A program made the translations under genes and the position numbers. From a virus (taxonomy: Duplodnaviria > Heunggongvirae > Uroviricota > Caudoviricetes), in the IMG/VR virus record IMGVR_UViG_3300037455_000543, positions 1 to 59,135 of that record: a stretch of DNA of 59,135 nt. One strand, given 5' to 3'. The notes beneath the pieces are model-generated. The model was not told the origin of the DNA. It was given only the letters and a program-made list of their open reading frames with translations, and did not search any database. Position 1 is the stretch's first letter; every line of letters begins with the position of its first letter. Positions 15,269-25,963 of this stretch are shown piece by piece.

Positions 15269-16135
15269 ATGAGTCATTTTACTACATTCGTTATTACTAA
15301 AACCAATGATAGAAAAGAACTTGATAGGTTGATGTTACCATATCATGAATATGAATGCACAGGTATTACAGATTATTGCATTCATGTTGATAGATCAGAA
15401 GAAGCGATTAAGGAATATAATGATCATAAGGAAGATTATACGATTGAAGACTTCTTAGAAAGTTGGTATGGTGTTAATGAAATCTATGAAGAGGAACCTT
15501 CAGAGAAGCCACAAGATTCTTATGCTATTGTAAAAGATGGAGAAATTAAAAAGGTTTATGATTTCACCAATCCTAATCATAAATGGGATTATTATATACC
15601 TTATGACTGGAAAGCATGGAGTTATATTGATGGTTTAAAGGATGAAGATGAACCAGAGACTATTAAGAAGTCACAGTTTAATATCGATCAGTTTATGGCC
15701 GATAAGAGAGATTATTTCTCAGGTCTATATAATAAACTGAAACCATATTTTACACCGGATTTCATTAGCTGGGAACAGGCTCGTAAAGAAAATCCTGAAA
15801 ATATCGATAAAGCTAGAGAAATTTACAATAATCAAAAAAGTATTAAGAAAATGGACAAAGAAATTGGTTCTACTGAAATGTTTCATATTAGATGGTCCAT
15901 TACTGTAGACAATATCGCTTCTATGACCGAAGAAGAGTTTGTGCAGAATAATCTTAGTACAGCAGCACCTTTCTGGGCAATGGTTCTTCCTACTGGAGAA
16001 TGGATTGAAAAAGGCCACATGGGCTGGTGGGCAGTAAGCTGGGATGAGGACGAGAATTTTAATAAAACTTGGACTGAAGTTTGGAAAACTATTCCTGACG
16101 ATTACTATATCTGGCGTTGTGATTGCCATACTTAA
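15269..16135 (+). CDS. Conserved-looking phage hypothetical protein
   Basis: MSHF, NPNHKWDYY, GEWIEKGHMGWW and terminal DCH motifs. Confidence 0.75.
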   Translation: MSHFTTFVITKTNDRKELDRLMLPYHEYECTGITDYCIHVDRSEEAIKEYNDHKEDYTIEDFLESWYGVNEIYEEEPSEKPQDSYAIVKDGEIKKVYDFTNPNHKWDYYIPYDWKAWSYIDGLKDEDEPETIKKSQFNIDQFMADKRDYFSGLYNKLKPYFTPDFISWEQARKENPENIDKAREIYNNQKSIKKMDKEIGSTEMFHIRWSITVDNIASMTEEEFVQNNLSTAAPFWAMVLPTGEWIEKGHMGWWAVSWDEDENFNKTWTEVWKTIPDDYYIWRCDCHT

Positions 16136-16379
16136 TAAGGAGTGATATTTTGAAAAAGATTATATTTGCTTGTTTGTTGTTTTCCGCGTTTGTATTTGCG
16201 AAAGATATGAGAGTCGATGTTTGTCGTGGCGATAATTGCTATACTTATACCGTTCCGGATGCAAAAGATTATCGTTATATCCATGATATGAATGGAAGAA
16301 AGTATCTTAGAATTTTCAAATACAATAATAGAGTTCTCGATATCTTTGTCGACGGTATGACCGTAAAGGTAGGTAAGTA

Positions 16380-16739
16380 ATGTTTTATAACAATTTGGAA
16401 GATGAATGTTGGGATATTAAGGATATTATTAAGCGTAATTTGCTTAACGAGGATGATGAAGAAAAAGAAACATTCATGCTTACAAAGGAAGAAGCACATA
16501 ATATTCTTAATAAGCTCAAGAATATAGAAGACGAATATGATGACATGGTTTCTGACCTTGAAGCTAAAGATGAAGAAATAACTGATTTAGAAAACAAGGT
16601 TGAGGACGTAGAATACTATGATGATGTTCCTGATGAACTTGCAGAGCTATTAAGTCGTTCTGATTTTGACTTGGGAACTGTTATTGAATTGCAAGATGCA
16701 ATAACAAAGGTTCTTAAAGGCAGAGGTTATAGTGTTTAA
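16380..16739 (+). CDS. Acidic coiled-coil hypothetical protein
   Basis: TAATG-coupled ORF. Confidence 0.7.
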   Translation: MFYNNLEDECWDIKDIIKRNLLNEDDEEKETFMLTKEEAHNILNKLKNIEDEYDDMVSDLEAKDEEITDLENKVEDVEYYDDVPDELAELLSRSDFDLGTVIELQDAITKVLKGRGYSV

Positions 16740-17262
16740 AGAACAACTTGTAACAGAAAAGAATATAGATCTTGTCATAGATATGTGGCATAAGATTTTT
16801 CCGGAAGAACAGTTATGGTGCGGATATGAATGTGCTAAGAACTGTTTTGAAAAATCTTTGGACCCAGATGACTTTTTGAAATATTATATTCATTTCGATT
16901 CTACACCTGATAAACCTATGGGTTTTCCAGTCGGTATTTCTGGAATTTATACAGAAAATGCTGAACCTGAATCAGCTTGGCTTGGCTGGTTTGGCGTTCT
17001 TCCTGAATACAGAAGACAAAGATATGGAACCAGAATCATGAATTTTTTCTTACGTCAATGTCGTGATTTCGGTTTTAAGTATGCAAGACTTTATACAGGT
17101 GCTGAAAATATAATAGGTCAAAAATTTTATGAATTTAACGGGTTTACTGGTGAACCAATTCATATTGATTATACAGATGAACCTGAAGACTTGATTATAT
17201 ATTCTAAAACTCTTTGTGATGAACCAGTTCCGCCTTGGAATAATAGGCATCTTGATTTGTAG
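16732..17262 (+). CDS. GNAT acetyltransferase
   Basis: WLGWFGVLPEYRRQRYGT acetyl-CoA motif; FYEFNGF. Confidence 0.85.
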   Translation: MFKEQLVTEKNIDLVIDMWHKIFPEEQLWCGYECAKNCFEKSLDPDDFLKYYIHFDSTPDKPMGFPVGISGIYTENAEPESAWLGWFGVLPEYRRQRYGTRIMNFFLRQCRDFGFKYARLYTGAENIIGQKFYEFNGFTGEPIHIDYTDEPEDLIIYSKTLCDEPVPPWNNRHLDL

Positions 17263-17422
17263 GAATTAAATATGACGTCTCACGAAATTGCAAGAAAAAT
17301 ACTTGAGTTTCCCGATAATGAACTAAAATGTCTTGGTAATACAGAAGAGTTTAATGTCGAGGAAGTAGGTAACTGGAACGACGAATTTGTGTATCTTGCT
17401 ATACACCATGTTGATATTGATT

Positions 17423-17456
17423 AAGGGTTTACAAAAACCCTTTATTTTTTTATATT
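17423..17456 (+). promoter_or_regulatory. Fused terminator / promoter
   Basis: AAGGGTTT-ACAA-AAACCCTT hairpin plus T-run; TTTACA-17-TATATT. Confidence 0.7.
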
Positions 17457-17686
17457 ATATAATATGGGAAAAGAAACTGTTAAGTTAAGAGAATATTCAT
17501 TTGAAATTCAATCGACTGATGATACAAGTGAAACTGTTGGTATTGTAGGTGAAGAATATTCATCAGTATATAGTGATGAAAAATTCTATCGTAAGGAAGA
17601 CGTTGATAAGTTGCTTGCTGAAAAGGATAAGGAAATTAAGCAACTTGAATATCTGTTACACATTTCTTCAAAGATGGCCAGGTAAA

Positions 17687-18094
17687 ATGAAACCTATTTT
17701 TATTAGCGGAAGTTCTTCTATTCATGAACTGAATGAAGATATGATGAAGAACCTTGATGAAATAATCAAGCGTAATATTCCAGTTATTATTGGCGATTGT
17801 TATGGAATTGACTCCTTAGTTCAACGTTATTTTCATGAATGTAACTATAATAATGTAACTGTCTATTATGTAGGTAGTTTTCCTCGTTGTCATTTTCTCG
17901 AATTTAAAAAGCGTGATTGTAACGATAAGGTTACGAATGAAACAGGTCGTGCATTTTATGAAATTAAGGATATCAAGATGACTGAAGACTGTGCTGGTGC
18001 ACTGATGTTCTGGGATGAGAAAAGTCAAGGAACAAAGAATAATATTGAACGTTGTAAGAAGCTTAATAAAAATTATAAGATTATTAAAGGATAA
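17687..18094 (+). CDS. SLOG-superfamily (YspA/DUF2493-like) protein
   Basis: IFISGS, IIGDCYGIDSL, KD..M and WDEKSQGTKNNI motifs. Confidence 0.7.
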   Translation: MKPIFISGSSSIHELNEDMMKNLDEIIKRNIPVIIGDCYGIDSLVQRYFHECNYNNVTVYYVGSFPRCHFLEFKKRDCNDKVTNETGRAFYEIKDIKMTEDCAGALMFWDEKSQGTKNNIERCKKLNKNYKIIKG

Positions 18095-18096
18095 TT

Positions 18097-18918
18097 ATGA
18101 ATTGTAAGGCAGAAAACCTCAAAATTTTTAATGATACACTAAGTAAGATTGACGCCGACAAGGTTCTTCATGAATCTATTCAGAAGTCGGTAATGGATTC
18201 AAAGGTTTATATTGAAAGATATAACAGATTAAAGAAGCCTGAAAATGCACAGGATATTGGTCCTGCAGTTGTCAAGGTAACAAAAAATAGTTCATTTAAT
18301 GCTGCAAGATGTTATAGTGGAAATATTGCAGTTCTTAACTTTGCATCTGCAACTAATCCTGGAGGAGGTGTAACTAAGGGGTCTAATGCACAGGAAGAAT
18401 GTCTTTGTAGATGTTCTACGCTTTATCCTATTCTTAGTGACAGCCGATTTGCACTTCCGTTTTATGAAGATCATAAGCAAAATGGTAATGCTCTTCATAA
18501 TGATGACATTATCTATACTCCGAATGTCTATATTATCAAATCTGATAATTATAGCACATTATATAGACCGTTCAAGGTAAATGTTATTACTTGTGCTGCA
18601 CCTAACCTTAGAGAAACACCTGCAAATGCGTATAACCATGAACGTGGTGAACGTCCGACTATATCTGATAATGAACTTTTGCAGTTGCATGAAAAACGAG
18701 CAAGAGCAATTTTTAATGCTGCACTTGAAAACGGTAATGAAACTATTATTCTTGGTGCATTTGGTTGTGGTGCATTTAGGAATGACCCGGAAATTGTTGC
18801 ACAGGCATACAAAAATGTTCTTCCGGAATATGTAAATAATTTCAAGAATATCGAATTTGCTGTGTTCTGTGGTCATGATAGTTTAAACTATGACACATTT
18901 AAACGAATTTTAGGATAA
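18097..18918 (+). CDS. Microbial PARG / TIGR02452 (DUF2263) macrodomain ADP-ribose glycohydrolase
   Basis: VLNFASATNPGGG...AQEECLCRCSTLY and LGAFGCGAFRN. Confidence 0.9.
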   Translation: MNCKAENLKIFNDTLSKIDADKVLHESIQKSVMDSKVYIERYNRLKKPENAQDIGPAVVKVTKNSSFNAARCYSGNIAVLNFASATNPGGGVTKGSNAQEECLCRCSTLYPILSDSRFALPFYEDHKQNGNALHNDDIIYTPNVYIIKSDNYSTLYRPFKVNVITCAAPNLRETPANAYNHERGERPTISDNELLQLHEKRARAIFNAALENGNETIILGAFGCGAFRNDPEIVAQAYKNVLPEYVNNFKNIEFAVFCGHDSLNYDTFKRILG

Positions 18919-18919
18919 T

Positions 18920-19471
18920 ATGAGTAACGAAATTAATGAATTTGTAAAGTCTGCAATTCTTAATACAAAAAAGAGTGATCCAGATTATTTCAAGAAATGT
19001 CTTGAACAGCGTTTAATTAACGGTCAAGGCAGTGTAACTGAATTCGATAATGTTGAAGATTTGGAAAAGGCTTTACTTAATGCTGACTGGGAAAAATATA
19101 CGCACCCAAATATCGCAGAAGGTTGTTCTGCATATATAACCAAGTCATTTGGCGGTTTCATGGGAATGATTCAGATTGAATATTTATCTGATCAGTTAAT
19201 TTGCCGACTTGATGATATTAAGGGAACTGGAAAGCTTTCATTGACCTGTTATGCTGATCGTGATAGATATCCGGTTGACTATAATATCTTGATTATCGGC
19301 GATGACGGATTTGGTCCGTGTATGTTTACGTTCCATCCTGGTGAACCGCTAAAACCGTCTACTTTATCGTCTGATGGTAATAATGAATTCGGATTGAAAG
19401 AGGGCGATACTATAAATGTGGCGCAAGCTAAAAAATTCGGATTCAAATATGTAAAACTCCTCACAATTTAG
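18920..19471 (+). CDS. Hypothetical protein
   Basis: 183-aa ORF. Confidence 0.75.
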   Translation: MSNEINEFVKSAILNTKKSDPDYFKKCLEQRLINGQGSVTEFDNVEDLEKALLNADWEKYTHPNIAEGCSAYITKSFGGFMGMIQIEYLSDQLICRLDDIKGTGKLSLTCYADRDRYPVDYNILIIGDDGFGPCMFTFHPGEPLKPSTLSSDGNNEFGLKEGDTINVAQAKKFGFKYVKLLTI

Positions 19472-19527
19472 GGGTTTACAAAAGTAAAATCATTTACTAT
19501 ATTTAATCTCACAAAATGAATAAAAAC

Positions 19528-19579
19528 GCATAGAGGGTTCCTTAGAAATGGTTCTAGGAAAAACTGAATTACCCTCCGC
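19528..19579 (+). promoter_or_regulatory. Structured 5' UTR motif (homolog at 13503-13564)
   Basis: GCATA-GAGGGT-TCCT...CTGAATT-ACCCTC-CGC between promoter (19475-19503) and SD. Confidence 0.6.
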
Positions 19580-19595
19580 AAAAAAAGGAAACAAT

Positions 19596-21563
19596 ATGTC
19601 TACATTGTCCAATATGATTAATCTCAAGCTCATCACTATGTTCAACGTTGCACCGATTGCAACTGTTGATTCTCAGAAGCTTTCATTTGATGAAGTTAAC
19701 GCCGAATCGTCTAAGTATGGTTATCTTATTCATCCGGATTGTTGCTCTAAGCTCACGCTTCAGTGGGTTAAGGAAGTTGCACGTACCAATTACAATAAGA
19801 CTTTCTATAAGAAGTGGGAAGATATCACTTCAAAGACTCGTTTCGAGCTCTTGATTGATCAGTTGCGTCATTATGCATCTACCTATGGCACTGGCTTTAC
19901 TGCAGGTAATGGCTATGTTCCGAATAACGGTCCGGATGTTGAAATTCCGTATAATAACTTCAAGGTTATTTTGCCGGCTACTGATCGTGAAATTTACGAT
20001 CGTTGCGTAGGTATGCTTAATAGTGGTATTGCTCTCGAAAGCGACACTGCTGATACTATTTCGACATATGTAATTTTCCATTACAAGAATTCTGGTTTCG
20101 AACTTGATGTTGACAAGATTAAGAATAAGGAAGCACAAGTTAAGTTCTGTGATGAACTTGGTATTACTCCGAAGGATGCATTTGCATTGTTGCGTTATAT
20201 CGTTTATAAGGCAACTGGTAAGTTTATGCTTATCAAGGACCGTGCAACTATCAATGCTTTGAAGGAAAACCAGGATAAGTATTGCATTTCTTTCCTTACT
20301 CATGATCAGAAGGTTGCATTGGCTTCTATCTTCTACAGATTTAAGCCGTTGTTCCTTGCAATGAAGTCTTCGGCTGGTTCTTCTAAGTCCATGATGTCTG
20401 AAGCTTTCAAGAAGGCTGCAGCTAAGATTGGCGTGAAGAAGGTTATGCCGTCTTCTAATGCATCCATTATTAACGAAATCCGTAGACTTGCAAAGACTTA
20501 TCATAAGCCGTTTAAGTCTGGTCTTTGGGAAACTGTCCTTTGTGAAAAGAAGGATCTTGAACAGGTAAAGGCTCATCTTGGTGACATTACTAACTTCAAG
20601 AAGATTACTCTTATGCAGGGCATCATGGCTAAGCTCCAGAAGTGCAATGGTAAGATGTATGTTATCCGTAACGGTAAGATGTGGGTTGACGCTGATTATA
20701 AGCCGAAGAAGGATAACACTTCGTACTTGATGTCTCTTTACAACATTCTTGAACAGTCTGTTGTTGATTCTATCAAGAGCAAGGCAGGTTATGTTGTAAT
20801 GCCGAAGAATGTTCATTTCACTGTTCCGACTTCTGAAAAGAACTTCATTGGTAACTATCCGTTTGGTACTAACGTTGACCTTGGTGACAAGAATAACGTT
20901 GTTGGTATCTATTGGAGAAATGAATGGGGAACTCGTGACTTTGACCTTCATATGATGGATATGCATGGTAACAACTACGGTTGGAACTCTAGCTATACCA
21001 ATGGCAAGAATACTGTCATCTATTCTGGTGATATGACTAATGCTGAACCGGAAGCAACCGAATTGTTCTATTTCTCTAAGGAAATTGGGTCTGGTAAGGT
21101 TTCTGTTAACCAGTTCTCTGGTAATCCGGTATCTCAGTTTAAGCTCTTTGTGGCAACTGAAGATATGAGATCTAAGCTTGGTTGTGATGGCTTCGGTCGT
21201 CGTACTGGTGGTCATGTTGTCATGTGTGATCCGAACAATGTTAAGGCTGAATTCATGATTCCGGTTGACCATGAAAGCTGCAAGGAATGTGCATTGATTA
21301 GCGATAATAAGATTTATCTTATGGACCTTACTTCGGGTTGTGGTCGTGTTCCGAACTACAAGTATAACGATGTTTACTTGGAACAGATCGAAATCAAGTG
21401 CCGTACATTCATCAACTTGGAAGACATTCTTCTCAAGGCTGGATGCACCTTGGTTAACGAACTTCCGGAAGCTAAGGAAGGCGAAGCAGCACCGACTGCT
21501 GTGCTTGACTTGACTAATCCGGCAAAGGACTCGCTCATCAAGTTCTTCAGCGATGAAAAGTAA
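19596..21563 (+). CDS. Large helical protein with C-terminal TerD-like domain
   Basis: LLIDQLRHYASTYG; VGIYW..RDFDLH..GWN..YSGDMTNA..ATE (TerD-like); SD AAGGA before ATG 19596; strong codon bias. Confidence 0.65.
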   Translation: MSTLSNMINLKLITMFNVAPIATVDSQKLSFDEVNAESSKYGYLIHPDCCSKLTLQWVKEVARTNYNKTFYKKWEDITSKTRFELLIDQLRHYASTYGTGFTAGNGYVPNNGPDVEIPYNNFKVILPATDREIYDRCVGMLNSGIALESDTADTISTYVIFHYKNSGFELDVDKIKNKEAQVKFCDELGITPKDAFALLRYIVYKATGKFMLIKDRATINALKENQDKYCISFLTHDQKVALASIFYRFKPLFLAMKSSAGSSKSMMSEAFKKAAAKIGVKKVMPSSNASIINEIRRLAKTYHKPFKSGLWETVLCEKKDLEQVKAHLGDITNFKKITLMQGIMAKLQKCNGKMYVIRNGKMWVDADYKPKKDNTSYLMSLYNILEQSVVDSIKSKAGYVVMPKNVHFTVPTSEKNFIGNYPFGTNVDLGDKNNVVGIYWRNEWGTRDFDLHMMDMHGNNYGWNSSYTNGKNTVIYSGDMTNAEPEATELFYFSKEIGSGKVSVNQFSGNPVSQFKLFVATEDMRSKLGCDGFGRRTGGHVVMCDPNNVKAEFMIPVDHESCKECALISDNKIYLMDLTSGCGRVPNYKYNDVYLEQIEIKCRTFINLEDILLKAGCTLVNELPEAKEGEAAPTAVLDLTNPAKDSLIKFFSDEK

Positions 21564-21620
21564 AACCTAAACAAGGGGAATAGTAAAATATTCCCCTTTT
21601 TATATTAAAAGGAATAAATT

Positions 21621-21761
21621 ATGAAAACCTTACTTATCTTTATTTTGGCTTTACTTATTGCATATCTCCTTTTTAAGGCGTTTGTAGTAGTTGTAGTTCC
21701 GATGGCCACATTTGTCGGTATTATCGCACTTGCTTTGTTTATTCTTTGGCTTTTGCTATAA
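21621..21761 (+). CDS. Small two-TM membrane protein (46 aa)
   Basis: SD AAGGA; almost entirely hydrophobic. Confidence 0.65.
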   Translation: MKTLLIFILALLIAYLLFKAFVVVVVPMATFVGIIALALFILWLLL

Positions 21762-21864
21762 AAGCGAAAATGAAAAACTAAAAATCATATATACTATATA
21801 ACATTTAACAAGACGCTTGGCTTTTGACCAAGCGTATATTTATTTTTTAAAGGTGAGGTAGTAT

Positions 21865-22236
21865 ATGAGAAACGTAGTTCAAGTAGTAAGATTTTACTTG
21901 ATTTGCAAAACAACAGGTATGAGGTCAATCGAAAGCTTGCTCGATAAGCCGGATTATAATCCGTTACTTAAAAAATGTGTCGATGAAATCAAACGATATC
22001 CAGATGCAAGCATCCAAGACTGTAAGTATTATAGGGCGCAGCTAGATAAGGGTGAATTTAAGTTTAATTCTGGTTCATGGGCCATGGATATTAGAGAAGA
22101 AGACTTGCCTAAGGGAACAACTATCGAATATCTTGATATGAAGAACGCGTTTCAGGCCATTATCGACTGGATTAAGGATAATAGAGCAGTGTTTACAAAA
22201 AGGCTGCAAATTGAAGAAGAATTCCGAAATTCTTAA
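21865..22236 (+). CDS. Hypothetical protein
   Basis: SD GAGG. Confidence 0.75.
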   Translation: MRNVVQVVRFYLICKTTGMRSIESLLDKPDYNPLLKKCVDEIKRYPDASIQDCKYYRAQLDKGEFKFNSGSWAMDIREEDLPKGTTIEYLDMKNAFQAIIDWIKDNRAVFTKRLQIEEEFRNS

Positions 22237-22301
22237 ATAATAACCTGGTTAAAAGCCAGGTTTTTTATTATAAATAATATAAAAGTTTGAGGATTTTAAA
22301 T

Positions 22302-24656
22302 ATGGAACAAAATTTTGAACAATATTTAACTGAAATGAAGGATAAAAACCTTTATAGTAATGAAGTTGAGTCCAATTTCTTGAACGAACTTTCATTAAAT
22401 ACTCGTTTTGACCCTTTTAAGACTGATAAAAAGGCTAGACCTTGTATTTCTGTTGCTATTGATTTTACTTCTGAAAAGTTTATTAACAATGCAGCAGAGC
22501 AAATAAAAGATTTAAAGGGTGATGAAGCAAAAACTAAAGAAGCAATAACAAACAAGATTTGTGATTATATTGCAAAAATAAATGATGCATTTAGAGCTAC
22601 ATCCGGTCACCTTTTTGTTCGTGGTTCTGATAACGGCACATTAAAATACTATTTCAAGATGTATTCTAAGACTGATCCTGAAGGTAATGCAAATGACTTT
22701 AAGAGCAGAATCGACCAGGAACTTGAATTATCCTTCATCAAGAATAACATGATTGTAAAGGATGATACTTATTCCAGAATTGAAAAAATAAATCTTGAAA
22801 AAAAGCCAAATGAATTAAATCCGGCAGAAAATGCAACTGAAACTACTATAAAAGAAAATTTAGCAAATTCTGTATTTGTTAAGAACGTAGTTGAAAAGAT
22901 TTCTGGTACTATTAAAGAAAGAATTGAAAAGGCTAATAACCTTGCAAAGAATGGTGAACTTAAGCAAGTTTACTGTGTTCCATTTAAGATTTCCGAAACA
23001 CTTATCAATGCAAACAAGGATAAATCTGATAATATAGATACTTTCTGGGATAATTTAGTAAATGAAATTAACAATGGTTTTAAAAATGCATTGGAAAATT
23101 TAGGTGACAATATAAGCTCTTATATTGGTTTTGTCCCTATTAAGACTCATGGTCTTAATATCTACTTTACAGATATGGATGCTGCTGAACAATTTGCAGA
23201 ACAGCTTACACAAGAAGGAACACCAAATGTTTCTGGTAGAAAGCGTTATGAAAAGAAGATTGCTGCATATCCTCAACTTTTACAAGATAATAATGAAACT
23301 ATCGCTGGTAGAGAACTTGCTGGTATTGAACATGCGGTCTTATATTTCAAGAGCACATTATTTGCAAGAGAAAAAATTGCAAGCTTAATAAAAGAAAAAT
23401 TCCCGAATGCTGATGACATGATTGTTGTAAAACGTTATGCCATAAAATTACCGAAAGAAATAATTAACGATATTCTTAAGGCTAAGCAAGGCGGTGATTT
23501 AGATATTAATACTTGCTATACTAACTATATAAAGAAGCTAATTGAGCCATTCTTAAAAGCAGAAGAATTTATTGGTGCCGGCTCTGAAAAAGATGAAATT
23601 GAATTTATCTTTACAAGAAAAGCATCAACTGACAAGGTTAAAGAAGCACTTACTAATGAATTGCATATAAACCGTGATGATATTAAAGTTAATGACCTTT
23701 CTTTGACACAGAAAGAAATTGAAGAATCTTCTAAATCTATCAGAGATGATTCCGCTGCGGCAAAGAATTTCAAGTCTTTAATTGATGAAATAACCGGTAA
23801 TGATGAACATGACAAGATTGAATTGAATACGCTTGAAATTCAATTAACTAATGAACAAAAGTCAAAACTCTTTGACACTATTAAAGCTAATAGCGGAAAT
23901 GTTCAAAAAGTCATAAGCAACTTTGCAACTGAGTTGGATAAAGTGCTTAAGGCAAAGGTTAATTCTTATATTACATTTAATTGCCTTGAAGATTATAAGG
24001 TTAGAGTATACTTTAAGGATTCTGCTGGCATTGACCAGGCTAAAGAAGTATTTGCAAGCAGTAAGATGTTCACTGTCGGCGAAAGCGGAACTACTACCGT
24101 AACCAATACTGACTTTGAAAAATTCAAGAATGTTCATAATACAGATGGTCTTGAAAAGTCTATTGGAAAGACTAATGCTGATAATGCCGAAGCTGCAGCA
24201 AATAAGAAATATACTTATACTATTAAGAAATCGAAAGAATACGATGGTTTATCTATTAAGGACTTTGCTACAGCACTTAAGAGCTTACCGGAATCACTTA
24301 ATGAATCATTTAAAACTACATTATTCAATTATTTGTTAAAGACAACTAATATTATAAATGAAGTTACACAAAAAGAAGTCAATGATGCTAAGAGTTGGCT
24401 TGAAACAAATAGTAACTCTACTGATCCTATAAACACTAATGCAAATATCTTGTTACAGGTAAAAATTAATGGCTTGTTCAATGGTATAAAGTCAGAAATT
24501 AATGATACAAATATATTTGAATATAAGTCTGCTGAAAAGGAAGAAAATGATAATATCGGCTATATTACAGTCGCTGGTAAATTTGTCGATAAACTTAAGA
24601 CAGTATTTGGTAAGCTTAATGCTTCTAAATTGGTAGTCGTCGTTAAAGCTAAATAA
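22302..24656 (+). CDS. Large late (probably virion-associated) protein
   Basis: TATAAATA at 22269, SD GAGGA, F.QYL.E N-terminus. Confidence 0.6.
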   Translation: MEQNFEQYLTEMKDKNLYSNEVESNFLNELSLNTRFDPFKTDKKARPCISVAIDFTSEKFINNAAEQIKDLKGDEAKTKEAITNKICDYIAKINDAFRATSGHLFVRGSDNGTLKYYFKMYSKTDPEGNANDFKSRIDQELELSFIKNNMIVKDDTYSRIEKINLEKKPNELNPAENATETTIKENLANSVFVKNVVEKISGTIKERIEKANNLAKNGELKQVYCVPFKISETLINANKDKSDNIDTFWDNLVNEINNGFKNALENLGDNISSYIGFVPIKTHGLNIYFTDMDAAEQFAEQLTQEGTPNVSGRKRYEKKIAAYPQLLQDNNETIAGRELAGIEHAVLYFKSTLFAREKIASLIKEKFPNADDMIVVKRYAIKLPKEIINDILKAKQGGDLDINTCYTNYIKKLIEPFLKAEEFIGAGSEKDEIEFIFTRKASTDKVKEALTNELHINRDDIKVNDLSLTQKEIEESSKSIRDDSAAAKNFKSLIDEITGNDEHDKIELNTLEIQLTNEQKSKLFDTIKANSGNVQKVISNFATELDKVLKAKVNSYITFNCLEDYKVRVYFKDSAGIDQAKEVFASSKMFTVGESGTTTVTNTDFEKFKNVHNTDGLEKSIGKTNADNAEAAANKKYTYTIKKSKEYDGLSIKDFATALKSLPESLNESFKTTLFNYLLKTTNIINEVTQKEVNDAKSWLETNSNSTDPINTNANILLQVKINGLFNGIKSEINDTNIFEYKSAEKEENDNIGYITVAGKFVDKLKTVFGKLNASKLVVVVKAK

Positions 24657-24717
24657 AATTACTTAATAGATTTAAAACCGGATAATTAATTATCCGGTTT
24701 TTCTTTATAAATAGAAT

Positions 24718-25293
24718 ATGAGTGGAATAACAGAACATATTAATGACTTTAGTAATAACAAGTTCGTGGTCAGGTTTTCAAACCTGGTCAATATGACAAA
24801 CTTTGAACTTGATACACATATCCTGGATAACTACGTAAAAAATATTAGCGTTCCTGATCTTTCAATTCCGATGCTGGACAGTAGATATAAGCATGAACGC
24901 CAGTTACACCCAAATCCAATCGGTGCACGTGAATTACAAACGATGAATATCGAATTTGTTCTCGACGAGCACATGTGTAACTACTATTATTTCTATGCAT
25001 GGATTTACTGGATGCGTTTCGGTGAGCCCGTGGGCAAGACAAACCTTAAAGGTGAAGAACTTTTAAGAATGAACTGTGTAGACGCAATAGAACTTGTTTC
25101 TTTGAACAATAATAATAAGATTATGTCAAAGATGAAATTTAAACATGCGATACCTACAACATTGTCTAATTTGAGTCTTCAATATGGTTCTGCTGAAACT
25201 GTTACATTTGTCGTTACATTCGAATATGAACTTATTGAATTGATGCTTGAAAATACAGAAGATATTACGGGTTCTACTAACCATATCCAATAG
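24718..25293 (+). CDS. Tail completion / tail-tube-like protein (T4 gp3-like)
   Basis: NKF..., V.NISVP..SIP, F.LDE...NY..W, F..A.PT.LS.L..Y, VTFEY; late promoter. Confidence 0.7.
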   Translation: MSGITEHINDFSNNKFVVRFSNLVNMTNFELDTHILDNYVKNISVPDLSIPMLDSRYKHERQLHPNPIGARELQTMNIEFVLDEHMCNYYYFYAWIYWMRFGEPVGKTNLKGEELLRMNCVDAIELVSLNNNNKIMSKMKFKHAIPTTLSNLSLQYGSAETVTFVVTFEYELIELMLENTEDITGSTNHIQ

Positions 25294-25300
25294 GTTAATC

Positions 25301-25894
25301 ATGTATTCTGAAGATTGTTTAAATTATATCAATGAATCTATATTGGTAGATAAGGTAAAGAATAAAATTGCTGAACTTAAGGCTAAGCGTGTAAAATGTA
25401 AGAACCAGCAAGAGCTTGACAATATCAGCAAAACTACCATGTCTCTTTGTAAAAAGATAAAGAATTCTTCATTGAGCGATAAGGCAAAGAAAGCATTAGT
25501 CGTAAGTGCACTTGGTATATTGTCATGTGTTGGAATTTCTAACGGTCAGACATTTGCAGACTTGCAGAATCAATATAATTTAAAACCGTCTACACTTGAA
25601 TATGAAGGAAGTGGTGCATTTGATGAACCAGACGAAGCAGATATCATACAAGACGCTAAATATCTCGCTGTTGCTTCAAAGGGTGCAAATATAAAGGGTA
25701 TTGAACTTGAAAATGCAGATACTGATGACGAAGACGAAGATGTTACAAGAGTATATAATTTTAAGGACGGCATAACATTGTCAATCAATGTTAAAGATGC
25801 AATATTCGTATATGATAATGGAATATTGCTTAGACAATATGATGCACATAATCCCGCAATGTCAGCATTATTAGATGTTGCGAGAAATTTTTAA
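25301..25894 (+). CDS. Hypothetical late protein with hydrophobic segment
   Basis: ATG 25301; ALVVSALGILSCVG. Confidence 0.65.
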   Translation: MYSEDCLNYINESILVDKVKNKIAELKAKRVKCKNQQELDNISKTTMSLCKKIKNSSLSDKAKKALVVSALGILSCVGISNGQTFADLQNQYNLKPSTLEYEGSGAFDEPDEADIIQDAKYLAVASKGANIKGIELENADTDDEDEDVTRVYNFKDGITLSINVKDAIFVYDNGILLRQYDAHNPAMSALLDVARNF

Positions 25895-25963
25895 ATATTT
25901 TATTTCGCAATGTTAAAAACGGTTTACAAAAACCGTTTTTTTCTTATTTTTATAAATATATAA

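Noticed and set aside
19830-21272. 480-aa antisense ORF
   Set aside because: Shadow of the strongly codon-biased sense gene; no RBS or promoter and no recognisable motifs
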